Shown here one piece after another: positions 37,931 through 46,550 of a DNA stretch of 64,000 nt; the stretch's first letter is position 1, and the number at the start of each line of letters is the position of its first letter. A program made the position numbers and the translations under genes. The notes under the pieces were generated by a model. That model searched no databases, was not told the origin of the DNA, and worked only from the letters and a program-made list of their open reading frames with translations. The stretch is from the NCBI GenBank assembly GCA_036489375.1, contig DASXFX010000078.1, forward strand, positions 5,170 to 69,169, in the 5' to 3' direction. Origin of the DNA: Candidatus Binataceae bacterium (lineage in GTDB: Bacteria; Desulfobacterota; Binatia; Binatales; Binataceae).

Positions 37931-38818
37931 ATGACGACGGAATTGTTCGAGACCAATGAAGTGTATGTTGGGCGCGATTTCGGCGGCACCGACTACGAGA
38001 TAGCGCCCGATGCGATCGAAAACTACATCGCGGCCACCGGCGACGACCATCCGTGGTATCGCGCACCCTCCCCCACCGGCTATCCGATAGCACCGGCATT
38101 AGTGGTTCATTCGGCAGTCTTCCGCACCTTCGACTGGTATCTGCCGAACGTGTTCGGCAATCTGCACGCGCGCCAGGAGTGGGAGGGATTCTCACCGATT
38201 CGCGCAGGCGAGACCGTGCATTCGCGGTCGGTAGTGGTCGATCGCTACTCGAAGCGCGATCGCGAATACGTCGTTAACGAGGTTCTATTGATGGGCGCGG
38301 ACGGACGGATCGTGCAGCGCAGCCGGACGCATCAGAGCTTTCTCATCGCAGCAGCCAAGGCTAAGGGTGACGGTTTCGCGGTCGATCGCGATCGCGAGAA
38401 GGCCTCCGGACGAGTATTCAAGGTCGGCGATCGCGGAGGCGAAGCGATCGCGGCGCCAATGCGACCGATCTCACAAGCGATGTGCATGGCTTTCTCAGGT
38501 CCGGGCGTCAATTATCACACCGACGCAGAAGCGGCGCGCAAACTGGGCTTCCCCGACATCGTGGTTCAAGGAATGTGGTCGGTCTGCCTCATCGCCGAGA
38601 TGATGACGCAGCGTTTCGGCCTCGGCTTTATCATCGGCGGAAAACTCGACCTGCGGCTGGTCAACGTGTTGTGGGTGGACGAGACGTCGGGACCTCACGG
38701 CCGGATTATCGAACGGCGCCCCGAGGGCAGGCGAACTCGTGCAGTTGTCGAAGTCTGGTGCGAAAAAGCCGACGGGACGAAAACGATCGTCGGCACCGCC
38801 AGCGCGATCGAATTGTAA
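37931..38818 (+). CDS. double-hotdog MaoC-like (de)hydratase family protein
   Basis: 295 aa. The N-terminal half (EIAPDAIENYIAATGDDHPWY) and C-terminal half (NYHTDAEAARKLGFPDIVVQGMW) both resemble MaoC/FAS1-type hotdog domains. Confidence 0.65.
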   Translation: MTTELFETNEVYVGRDFGGTDYEIAPDAIENYIAATGDDHPWYRAPSPTGYPIAPALVVHSAVFRTFDWYLPNVFGNLHARQEWEGFSPIRAGETVHSRSVVVDRYSKRDREYVVNEVLLMGADGRIVQRSRTHQSFLIAAAKAKGDGFAVDRDREKASGRVFKVGDRGGEAIAAPMRPISQAMCMAFSGPGVNYHTDAEAARKLGFPDIVVQGMWSVCLIAEMMTQRFGLGFIIGGKLDLRLVNVLWVDETSGPHGRIIERRPEGRRTRAVVEVWCEKADGTKTIVGTASAIEL

Positions 38819-38960
38819 CCTGCAATCGACGTGGCGATAAGTCGCTTCGTTGTATTCCCTACCCTCCTCTGCGGGTTCCAGATGAAATGATGGTGGGGTG
38901 TCTTCTGCTGTATCGAGTGAGAGCTACCGACGCTCATCGGGTAGCGAAAGCGAGCATGGT

Positions 38961-40295
38961 CTAAGCCGCCGCTGTGGTTAGCGCTTCTACCTCAGCGACC
39001 GATTTCGGCACCGCAGCCGTCATCACTTCGTGACCTGCGGGGGTAACGAGGATGTCGTCCTCGATGCGAATTCCGATGCCGCGGAACTCCTCGGGCGCTT
39101 CGGCGTCATCAGGTGCGATGTAGATTCCCGGTTCGACTGTTAGCACCATCCCCGGTTCCAGCGTGCGCGACTCGCCACCGACGCGATAAAGGCCGACGTC
39201 GTGCACGTCCATACCTAGCCAGTGGCTGGTGCGATGCATGTAGTAGCGCCGCCACGCACCCGCCTTGAGCGCGTCCTCGACTGGACCCTTGATCAAGCCG
39301 ACGCGGCACATGCCCTCGACCAGCACGCGCACCGCAGCGTCATGCGGATCGTCGAACTTGATTCCGGGTCTGATCGCTCCGATTCCCGCCAACTGCGCGT
39401 TGAGCACAATTTCGTAAAGATCGCGCTGGAGCGGCGTAAAAGGCGCACCGATAGGAAAGGTGCGGGTGACGTCGGAAGCGTAAAAGCCGTACTCGCAGCC
39501 GGCGTCGATGAGCAGCAGTTCGCCGGTGCGCATCTCGCGATCGTTGTTGATGTAGTGGAGCGTCGCGGCGTTCGGCCCGGAGGCGATGATCGACGGGTAG
39601 CTGGGGCCGGCCGCGCCGCGTGAGCGAAAAGTGTAATCGACGGTGGCTTCGACCTGCCACTCCATCATTCCGCCGCGGGCCGTTCGCATCGCGGCCTTGT
39701 GCGCATCAGCAGAGATAGCGATCGCATCGCGCATCGCGGCGAGTTCCTCGGGACGCTTGAGCAGACGCGCCTCGTGTATGAGCTCGCGCGGATCGAGCAG
39801 CGCGTGCGGTCCGGTGCCGAGCCGCGGACGCATCGCCTGCGCGGCGCGCAGCAATTCCAGGATGCGTGCATTCATGCGCTCGTTGATACCGAGCGGGTAG
39901 TAGATGCGATCGACCTTATCGAGATGGCGGCGCAGGACGCTATCGAGGTCGTCGAGCGCGAAGGCCTGGTTGGCGCCGAAATCGGCGACCGCACCCTCGA
40001 GGCCGGCGCGGCGGCCGGTCCAGGTCTCACGCTCCTTGTCGCGCGGGCGCACGAAGAGGACGAACTGTTCCGCCGCATCAGGAACGAACAGGGCGACCGA
40101 TTCCGGTTCGGCGAATCCGGTCAGGTAGTAGAAATCGTTGTCCTGGCGGTAGATGAATTCGACATCGCCCGAGCGCACGGCGACCGGCGCGCTCGGCATG
40201 ATGGCAACGGAGCCGGGTCCGATAGCGTCGATGAAGCGCTTGCGGCGGTCGGCGAAAATTGCGGCGTTGGCGATTGCAGTCAAGCTGGATAACAC
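38961..40295 (-). CDS. pepP: Xaa-Pro aminopeptidase (M24B)
   Basis: 444 aa. DNDFYYLTGF (N-terminal domain), LLLIDAGCEYGFYASDVTRTFP, HRTSHWLGMDVHDVG, VLTVEPGIY and GIGIRIEDD are metal-ligand motifs of M24B. Confidence 0.9.
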   Translation of the reverse strand: MLSSLTAIANAAIFADRRKRFIDAIGPGSVAIMPSAPVAVRSGDVEFIYRQDNDFYYLTGFAEPESVALFVPDAAEQFVLFVRPRDKERETWTGRRAGLEGAVADFGANQAFALDDLDSVLRRHLDKVDRIYYPLGINERMNARILELLRAAQAMRPRLGTGPHALLDPRELIHEARLLKRPEELAAMRDAIAISADAHKAAMRTARGGMMEWQVEATVDYTFRSRGAAGPSYPSIIASGPNAATLHYINNDREMRTGELLLIDAGCEYGFYASDVTRTFPIGAPFTPLQRDLYEIVLNAQLAGIGAIRPGIKFDDPHDAAVRVLVEGMCRVGLIKGPVEDALKAGAWRRYYMHRTSHWLGMDVHDVGLYRVGGESRTLEPGMVLTVEPGIYIAPDDAEAPEEFRGIGIRIEDDILVTPAGHEVMTAAVPKSVAEVEALTTAAA

Positions 40296-40335
40296 CCACT
40301 CATTCTAAAATGGCGACCGCGCAAGTCCACTGTCG

Positions 40336-41187
40336 TTACGGTAGTCCGGCACCGGGCACCGCGACTTCCCTGGTCCAGATTTTTGAGGTCTTTTTCGCGC
40401 GGCATTCGTCCGGGTTGATACTGTCGGAGGTGAGCATGAACAGCGTGCGGCGTCCCGGTCCGCCGAGCGCGCAGGCGATCGGCATAGTATCGAACTTGAT
40501 CCGCTCGGCGATTTCACCGCCCTCGCGTACGCGCAACATCTCGAATGACATCGGCGAAGCGACCCAGATGGCGCCCTCTGCGTCGAGTGCGATGCCGTCG
40601 GGAATGGCTTCGTCGTGCAACTGGGCCCAGACGCGCCGATTGCTCAGTGAGCCATCGCTTGCGATATCGAACGCGGCTAATCGATGACCCATCGACTCGC
40701 CGACCACGAGGGTCTTGCCGTCGGGCGAGATCACGGTGCCGTTAGGAAAATCGAGGTCGTCGGCGGCGACGCGCGAGGAGCCGTCGGGGTTGACCAGCAC
40801 CAGTTCCGCGTTCTTTTTGGGTGCGTCGATGAACAGGTTGTAGCCAAGGTTGCCGACATAGCAGCGGCCTTTGCTGTCGGTCACCATGTCGTTGCAGTGG
40901 AACGAGGCGAGGTGGCTGATATCGGCGTGAGTCTTGAGCCCGTCAGGATCCTGGCGGAGAACCTTGCGGTCGGTCATCGATACAATCAGCAAGCGACCGT
41001 CGGGCAGCCAGCCAAGGCCCGAGGGCCACGTCGGCACCTCGGCGACCGTCTGCGCTTTGCCATCGAGATCCACCGACATCACTTTGTGGGCGTGCATGTC
41101 GGAGAAGAACAGTTTTCCGTCGTGCCAGCGCGGTCCTTCGGTGAAAATCAGGCCATCGAGCAGTACTTTGAAGTCAGCCATCGTCAA
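40336..41187 (-). CDS. SMP-30/gluconolactonase/LRE-family protein
   Basis: 283 aa. FTEGPRWHDGKLFFSDM, CNDMVTDSKGRCYVGN and FPNGTVISPDGKTLVVGES are typical six-blade lactonase motifs. Confidence 0.85.
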   Translation of the reverse strand: MTMADFKVLLDGLIFTEGPRWHDGKLFFSDMHAHKVMSVDLDGKAQTVAEVPTWPSGLGWLPDGRLLIVSMTDRKVLRQDPDGLKTHADISHLASFHCNDMVTDSKGRCYVGNLGYNLFIDAPKKNAELVLVNPDGSSRVAADDLDFPNGTVISPDGKTLVVGESMGHRLAAFDIASDGSLSNRRVWAQLHDEAIPDGIALDAEGAIWVASPMSFEMLRVREGGEIAERIKFDTMPIACALGGPGRRTLFMLTSDSINPDECRAKKTSKIWTREVAVPGAGLP

Positions 41188-41235
41188 AAAGCCTCGTATC
41201 TACTCAAAAAATGGGTTCGTTCGTACAAAATTCCG

Positions 41236-42480
41236 TCAATCGAGGGCTCCCTGTGCACGCAGCTTGGCAATATCGTCGGAATTGTAACCAAGCATTGCCA
41301 AAACTTCATCAGTATGTTGTCCGAGGCAGGGGGCGGCTGAACGCACGGAGGTTTCGGTACGGCTGAGCTTCCAGGGGATTCCGCAGTGTTGCAGAGTGCC
41401 GACCTCCGGATGCTCATTATACACGAAATAGCCCCGCTCTTTCAGGTGGGGGTCTTCTTCTGAGAGAAACTTGTTGTCGGCGACGACGGCGGCAGCGACG
41501 CCCGCATTCTGCAACAGCTGCGCGATGTCGGCGGCGGCACGCAACGAAGTCCACTCCTCGACGATGCGGTTGAGTTCACCTTCGTTGGCTTTGCGCCCGT
41601 GCAGCGTAGCGAATTTCGCGTCGGCGGCCAGCGACGCCTTGCCGATGGCGTTGGCGAAGCGGACGAATTCGGCATCGTCGGCGACCGCGATCGCAACGAA
41701 TTGATCGACCACGATGCCCATCACCTTTTCCGGGCGATCGAGACAGCGGTAGATGCCGTGCGGAGCCATTTGCGGGTCTTCGTTGCCGATGCGATCGGGC
41801 TCAACCCCGTTCATGGTGTACTCGAGGATGCCCTCGGCGAGCATTCCCATCGCACATTCCCACTGGCTCATGTCGATGTACTGGCCCTCTCCGGTCTTTG
41901 AGCGATGGAACAATGCGGTGATGATCGCGAACGCGCCGTGAACGCCGGCATTGGGATCGGCATAGCTGAAGCCGGCATGCATCGGAGGCCATCCGCGATA
42001 ACCGGTCAGCGCCGACAAGCCCGACAGGGGGACCTGCGCCGGTCCATACGCGATGTAGTCGCGGTAGGGGCCGGTGTCACCGTAGCCGGTCAGCGAAGCC
42101 ATGATGATGTCCGGTTTGATTTTGCGGACGGCCTCGTAACCGAAGCCCATCTTGTCGATGACGCCGTGCGCGAAGTTGTTGACGAGGATGTCGCTTTTCG
42201 CGATCAGGCGGCGCGCGACTTCGTGGGCCTCGGGGTCCTTGAAATTGAGGCTTAGTGAACGCTTGCCCTGGCTATATTGATTGAAGTAGCCGGAGCGATT
42301 GAGGCCGCCCGGTTTCGCATCTGGCCACGGCGGCAACATGCGGGTCACGCAGGGCCGCGTTCTGGTCTCGATGCGGATGACATCGGCGCCGAGATGGGCC
42401 AGTTGCATCGTGCAGTAAGGACCCGCCCAGACCCAGGTGAAGTCCGCGATTCGAATACCGTCGAGCGGTGGCCGTGCCAT
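41236..42480 (-). CDS. family III CoA-transferase (second gene of an abutting pair)
   Basis: 414 aa. LDGIRIADFTWVWAGPYCTMQLAHLGADVIRIE and ILVNNFAHGVIDKMGFG. Its ATG directly follows the TAG of the upstream paralog. Confidence 0.9.
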   Translation of the reverse strand: MARPPLDGIRIADFTWVWAGPYCTMQLAHLGADVIRIETRTRPCVTRMLPPWPDAKPGGLNRSGYFNQYSQGKRSLSLNFKDPEAHEVARRLIAKSDILVNNFAHGVIDKMGFGYEAVRKIKPDIIMASLTGYGDTGPYRDYIAYGPAQVPLSGLSALTGYRGWPPMHAGFSYADPNAGVHGAFAIITALFHRSKTGEGQYIDMSQWECAMGMLAEGILEYTMNGVEPDRIGNEDPQMAPHGIYRCLDRPEKVMGIVVDQFVAIAVADDAEFVRFANAIGKASLAADAKFATLHGRKANEGELNRIVEEWTSLRAAADIAQLLQNAGVAAAVVADNKFLSEEDPHLKERGYFVYNEHPEVGTLQHCGIPWKLSRTETSVRSAAPCLGQHTDEVLAMLGYNSDDIAKLRAQGALD

Positions 42481-43689
42481 CTAAATCACACCCATGCTTT
42501 TGAGTTCGCTAAGCCGCGCGCTACTGAGACCGAGGCGGCGGCCAAAGATTTCATCGTTGTGCTGACCGAGGGTCGGGGCCGGCAAGCGGATTTCCCACGG
42601 CGTCCGGCCGTACTTGAGCGGCGCGCCAGGGTACTTGTGAGTGCCAGCGACCGGCTGGGCGATTTCGACGAAGAAGCCGCGCGCCTTGAGATGCTCGGAA
42701 TTGAGCAGATCCCCCATCGTCGAGACCGGGGCGAACGGGACGCGCCGGGCCTGGACCTTTTTGTAGAGGTCGAGCACGGTCTGTTCCTTAACGTATTCTT
42801 CGAGAAAGATGACCAGGGCTTCCCAATTTTCGCCGCGCTTGAGGCGATCGGAAAAAATCTCCTCGCCCGCCCATTCGGGATTACCCATTACATCAACGAA
42901 GGCTTTCCATTGATGTTCCTCGACGCAGCAGAGGTAGATCCACCCGTCCTTACATTGCATCGCTTCGAGCGGCTGAATCGGCTTCTTGCCCAAGCGGGTG
43001 GCGATCATCTTCATGTAGGGCCAATACTCGAAAGTGAGTTCGAGCTGCGAGGCGATCGCCTCCTGGCAGGAGACATCGACGTGCTGACCTTCGCCGTCGC
43101 GCACTTGCGCCATCACTGCACCCATGGTGGCGACCGCGCCGTGCACCCCGCCCTGGTAGCCGCTCTGCAAGCCGAAGGTCTTGAGCGGCGGCATTTCGGG
43201 ATGATCGGGACCGGCGCCATTGAGGACGCAGACTCCGCCGGCGGACCAGACCGTGAGTTCTTCGGCGCGCAGATTCCGCCATGGGCCGGTCAATCCGTAG
43301 GGCGTGATCGAAGTCATCACGAGGCGTGGATTGACCGCGTGCAGGCGCTCGAAATTCAAACCTACGCGATCCATCTCGGGCGGTGTGACGTTGTGAATGA
43401 GGACGTCGGCCTGCGCGACCAGCTTCTCAAGCAGATCGAAACCTTCGGGCCGCGCGATATCGAGCGTGACGCCGAGCTTGTTGGTATTGAGGTAGAGGAA
43501 CAGGCCGCTCTTTTCGGGATGCGGCTGGCCGCCGGGAAATGGGCCGCGCACCCGCGCATGGTCGCCAATGCCGGGCCGTTCGATCTTGATGACTTCGGCG
43601 CCCATATCGGCCATCAGCTTCGACGCGTAGGGCGCCGAGGCCATCTCACCGATTTCGACGATTTTGAGGCTCGATAATGCTCCGGCCAT
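42481..43689 (-). CDS. family III CoA-transferase (first gene of an abutting pair)
   Basis: 402 aa. LSSLKIVEIGEMASAPYASKLMADMGAEVIKIE and VLIHNVTPPEMDRVGL. Confidence 0.9.
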   Translation of the reverse strand: MAGALSSLKIVEIGEMASAPYASKLMADMGAEVIKIERPGIGDHARVRGPFPGGQPHPEKSGLFLYLNTNKLGVTLDIARPEGFDLLEKLVAQADVLIHNVTPPEMDRVGLNFERLHAVNPRLVMTSITPYGLTGPWRNLRAEELTVWSAGGVCVLNGAGPDHPEMPPLKTFGLQSGYQGGVHGAVATMGAVMAQVRDGEGQHVDVSCQEAIASQLELTFEYWPYMKMIATRLGKKPIQPLEAMQCKDGWIYLCCVEEHQWKAFVDVMGNPEWAGEEIFSDRLKRGENWEALVIFLEEYVKEQTVLDLYKKVQARRVPFAPVSTMGDLLNSEHLKARGFFVEIAQPVAGTHKYPGAPLKYGRTPWEIRLPAPTLGQHNDEIFGRRLGLSSARLSELKSMGVI

Positions 43690-43710
43690 CAGAACTCCGC
43701 CGCGCAGCCG

Positions 43711-43980
43711 TCAGGGCACGACCTTGCGAAATGGTCTAACTTCAACACGCTCGAAGACGCCCTTAGTGACGTAAGGATCGCTATCCGCAAAGGTTTTCGC
43801 CGCAGCTTCATCCTCGAAGTCGACGACCATCAAGCTGCCACTGCCATCAGTGAAGGGACCGCCGACTACGACCCGGCCGGCGTTAACCAGCGGCTGAAGG
43901 TTTTCGAGATGGGCCGGACGCACGCTGGGCCGCAACGCCGCACCATTGGGACCGTCGTAACCGATAATCACGAAGAGCAT
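43711..43980 (-). CDS. YciI-family protein
   Basis: 89 aa. MLFVIIGYD...RPAHLENL...GPFTDGSG...DPYVTKGVFERVEVRPF is a typical YciI-like fold signature. Confidence 0.8.
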   Translation of the reverse strand: MLFVIIGYDGPNGAALRPSVRPAHLENLQPLVNAGRVVVGGPFTDGSGSLMVVDFEDEAAAKTFADSDPYVTKGVFERVEVRPFRKVVP

Positions 43981-44218
43981 CGCCGTAGCCTCGCGCTAAA
44001 TTCTGGCCCACGCTAGCACGCATCCGCAACGATGCTCCAGAGACCGCGCGGAGTTGGTAGAAGAGAGTTGTTGAGGAACCCAAAACCTTAGTTTTTTCTG
44101 AAACCTCATCGAGGTTTCGGACTTCCCTTTATTCAGGGAAAAGACCTTGGCTGTGCTGTCGAACGAGCGATCTTTATGTGCGCGGCTGCGAAATAATGAT
44201 CGCTCAAGTATCATTCCA

Positions 44219-44276
44219 ATCGGTGCCGGTGGGCCCCGAGGTCATCCTGATCGGTGCCGATCGGCTCCGAGGTCAT
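44219..44276 (+). repeat. two tandem copies of a 27-nt motif (31-bp period) upstream of the DUF4157 gene
   Basis: ATCGGTGCCGGTGGGCCCCGAGGTCAT (44219-44245) and ATCGGTGCCGATCGGCTCCGAGGTCAT (44250-44276) are identical at 24 of 27 positions by my alignment. Confidence 0.8.
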
Positions 44277-44364
44277 GGGCTCGATGCGTCGCTGGACCGC
44301 AAGGGAAAGACGAACCAAAGGGCGACGAACCGAAGAGATTGTCCAGGGCGGAGAGAAATGAACG

Positions 44365-45744
44365 ATGCGGACTTTTACACTAAAGCCGAAATCGATTCAC
44401 GAAACGCGTGCTCGTAGCGATCGCCACCCGGCGCCACTAATTTCTCAATCGCAGGAGCACGCGGCCGCGCGAGAGTTCTCCGCTGTCGCAGCACCTGGCA
44501 TGGCCGGCAATTTCAGCCGCTTTGCAACGAATCTCGGCGGCATGCGGGCGCAAATGGCGCTGTCGATTAGTGACGCGAGCGATTACCAGGAGCGCGACGC
44601 GGATCGTCGTGCAGATTCGGCGATGCGCATGGGACATTCGGCCGAAGTCGGCAATCGCGATCGCGAGCCCGTGCCGAAGGTTTCGGTTGGTAGCAGATCC
44701 AACGGTGAAGAGGCGCTCCAACCTGGGGATCGGCGATTTTTCGAATCGCGCTTCAAGCACAATTTTGCCGACGTGCGAGTCTATTCGGATCATGAGGCAA
44801 ACGAGTCGGCCCGCGCGCTGAAAGCTCGCGCTTTCACGGTTGGAAATCGAATCAGCTTCGCGCCGGGCGAGTATCGGCCGGGCACCGACGCAGGCAGGAC
44901 GTTGATCGCCCATGAGCTCGCGCACGTGATGCAACAACGAGGGATAGACGCACGCGACACAGTTACGATTCGGCGCGAACCGGAAGACACCGGAACGAAA
45001 GCCACACCGCCGCCGGCGAAACAGGCGCCGCCAGCCACGCAACAGACGCCGCCAGCCGCGAAGCAATCAACTCTGAAGAGCCAGGGAGTGGATGCGGCCG
45101 ATCCGGTCGCCGCAAAAACGCCACAGATTATCGACACCGTACTGCAGCGAAACAAAAGACTGGCACCGTATATCGGCGACCGGCTGACGGGCGGCCTCAA
45201 GATTGCCGAGAAGGGGCATTTCGTAAAGGAGTTGAGCGACGCCAACTTCGATAGCGCGTATCGGAAGACCTACGAGGAAAGCGCGGGCGACACGGTACCG
45301 AGCTACGTGATGGGCTTCTATGATCCCAACGCCTCGACCATACACCTTAGACCCGACGCCAAATTTGGCACCGCTTTACACGAGGCAGTGCATCGGTTGG
45401 CAGCCCCGAGTGTGTATTCGCTGATGAGCACTGTCGCTTCCAAGATATCGGATGACCTGGTCAAGGTACTGGTTGAAGGGGTGACGGCGTATTTCACCGA
45501 TACGATTGTGCAAGACGAAGGGTTGCCCAATTTCGTCGACGCGTACAGCAGTTCGAAAAAGAAGGCCGCAGCCATTGTGGCGGCGCTGGGTAAGGACGGT
45601 TTCGAGGTGATGGCGACCTATAATTTCAAGACTGGCAGTGTGCTCGAAATCGGCAAGCGGCTGGGCATCTCGGAAAAACAATATGCCGCATTGAAAGGAA
45701 CCGTCGTCAGCGAAATCCTCAAGAAGGTAAATGCTCTTCTGTGA
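44365..45744 (+). CDS. DUF4157 (zincin-like HExxH) domain protein with Pro/Ala/Gln linker and uncharacterised C-terminal domain carrying a second HExxH
   Basis: DRRFFESRFKHNFADVRVYSDHEANESARALKARAFTVGNRISFAPGEYRPGTDAGRTLIAHELAHVMQQ matches my memory of DUF4157. It is followed by the linker TPPPAKQAPPATQQTPPAAKQ and a ~230-aa domain containing FGTALHEAVHRLA. Confidence 0.8.
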   Translation: MRTFTLKPKSIHETRARSDRHPAPLISQSQEHAAAREFSAVAAPGMAGNFSRFATNLGGMRAQMALSISDASDYQERDADRRADSAMRMGHSAEVGNRDREPVPKVSVGSRSNGEEALQPGDRRFFESRFKHNFADVRVYSDHEANESARALKARAFTVGNRISFAPGEYRPGTDAGRTLIAHELAHVMQQRGIDARDTVTIRREPEDTGTKATPPPAKQAPPATQQTPPAAKQSTLKSQGVDAADPVAAKTPQIIDTVLQRNKRLAPYIGDRLTGGLKIAEKGHFVKELSDANFDSAYRKTYEESAGDTVPSYVMGFYDPNASTIHLRPDAKFGTALHEAVHRLAAPSVYSLMSTVASKISDDLVKVLVEGVTAYFTDTIVQDEGLPNFVDAYSSSKKKAAAIVAALGKDGFEVMATYNFKTGSVLEIGKRLGISEKQYAALKGTVVSEILKKVNALL

Positions 45745-45764
45745 GTTCGTACGGTCGCGAATGA

Positions 45765-46550
45765 CTATTTCACGCTGATTGCGCCGTAGCCGAAGTAGTA
45801 GATCAGAAAATAGATAATGCCGAGGCCGGTCAGCGCCGCGAAGGCCATGCGATCGCGCGGGAGCATGGGATAATCGATGTAGCTGGTGGGCGTCGCGCTG
45901 ATGCCGAAGCCGCGAGCCTCGAGCGCCATCGCCATGTTGTTGGCCTTGCGCAGCGCACCCATAAAGACCGGAATCACGACCGGGACGTAGCGCTTGACGC
46001 GCTCCAGCGGACCACCGCGATTGAAGTCGTAGCCGCGCAAGCTTTGCGCCTGCACCACGGTCAGCGCCGAATCGATGAACAACGGGACGAGGCGGAACGA
46101 CAGAGTAATCGCGAAGCCGACGCGATAAGGCACGCCGAGGCGCTGCAGGCCCGCGGTAAATTCCTCGACCTTGGTAGTAGAGAGGAACAGAACCGAGGTC
46201 GCGAGCAGTTCGGCGAGCTTCAAACCGCGCCCGAAACCGAACACCAGCGACGCCCGGCTCAAGTGAATGATGCGAGTGTTAATCAGCGGCGGGCCCTTGC
46301 GATAGAAGACCATCCACGCAAGCGTCGTGAAGAATATCAGCAGGATGAAAAGCCAGCGCAGACGATAAAAATTCGGCCACGAGCCGGTCCATTGCGCGAG
46401 CGCGGCGAGCAGCAGTCCGAGCGGCAACAAGGCCAGCGGATGATCAACCCAATACACCGACCAGAACATGATGAAGAGCGCAAAGACCTTCACGGTCGGA
46501 TTGAGCCGATGCACGAGGGTGCCGTGATCGAGGTAGAGATAGATGGGCAT
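45765..46550 (-). CDS. ecfT: ECF transporter transmembrane component (EcfT/CbiQ family)
   Basis: 261 aa, polytopic, with an ARGF-type motif (ALEARGF) near the C-terminus. Its start overlaps the ATPase stop (TGATG). Confidence 0.85.
   Translation of the reverse strand: MPIYLYLDHGTLVHRLNPTVKVFALFIMFWSVYWVDHPLALLPLGLLLAALAQWTGSWPNFYRLRWLFILLIFFTTLAWMVFYRKGPPLINTRIIHLSRASLVFGFGRGLKLAELLATSVLFLSTTKVEEFTAGLQRLGVPYRVGFAITLSFRLVPLFIDSALTVVQAQSLRGYDFNRGGPLERVKRYVPVVIPVFMGALRKANNMAMALEARGFGISATPTSYIDYPMLPRDRMAFAALTGLGIIYFLIYYFGYGAISVK

Noticed and set aside
42277-43677. 466-aa plus-strand ORF
   Set aside because: It lies entirely antisense to a minus-strand gene with unmistakable family III CoA-transferase motifs. 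It is Arg/Ala/Gly-rich with no motifs, which is typical of a shadow ORF in high-G+C DNA.
44147-44417. Two overlapping ~78-aa plus-strand ORFs in the DUF4157 leader
   Set aside because: They read through the tandem 27-nt repeat and hairpins, and they have no RBS or motifs. The region is better explained as regulatory DNA.
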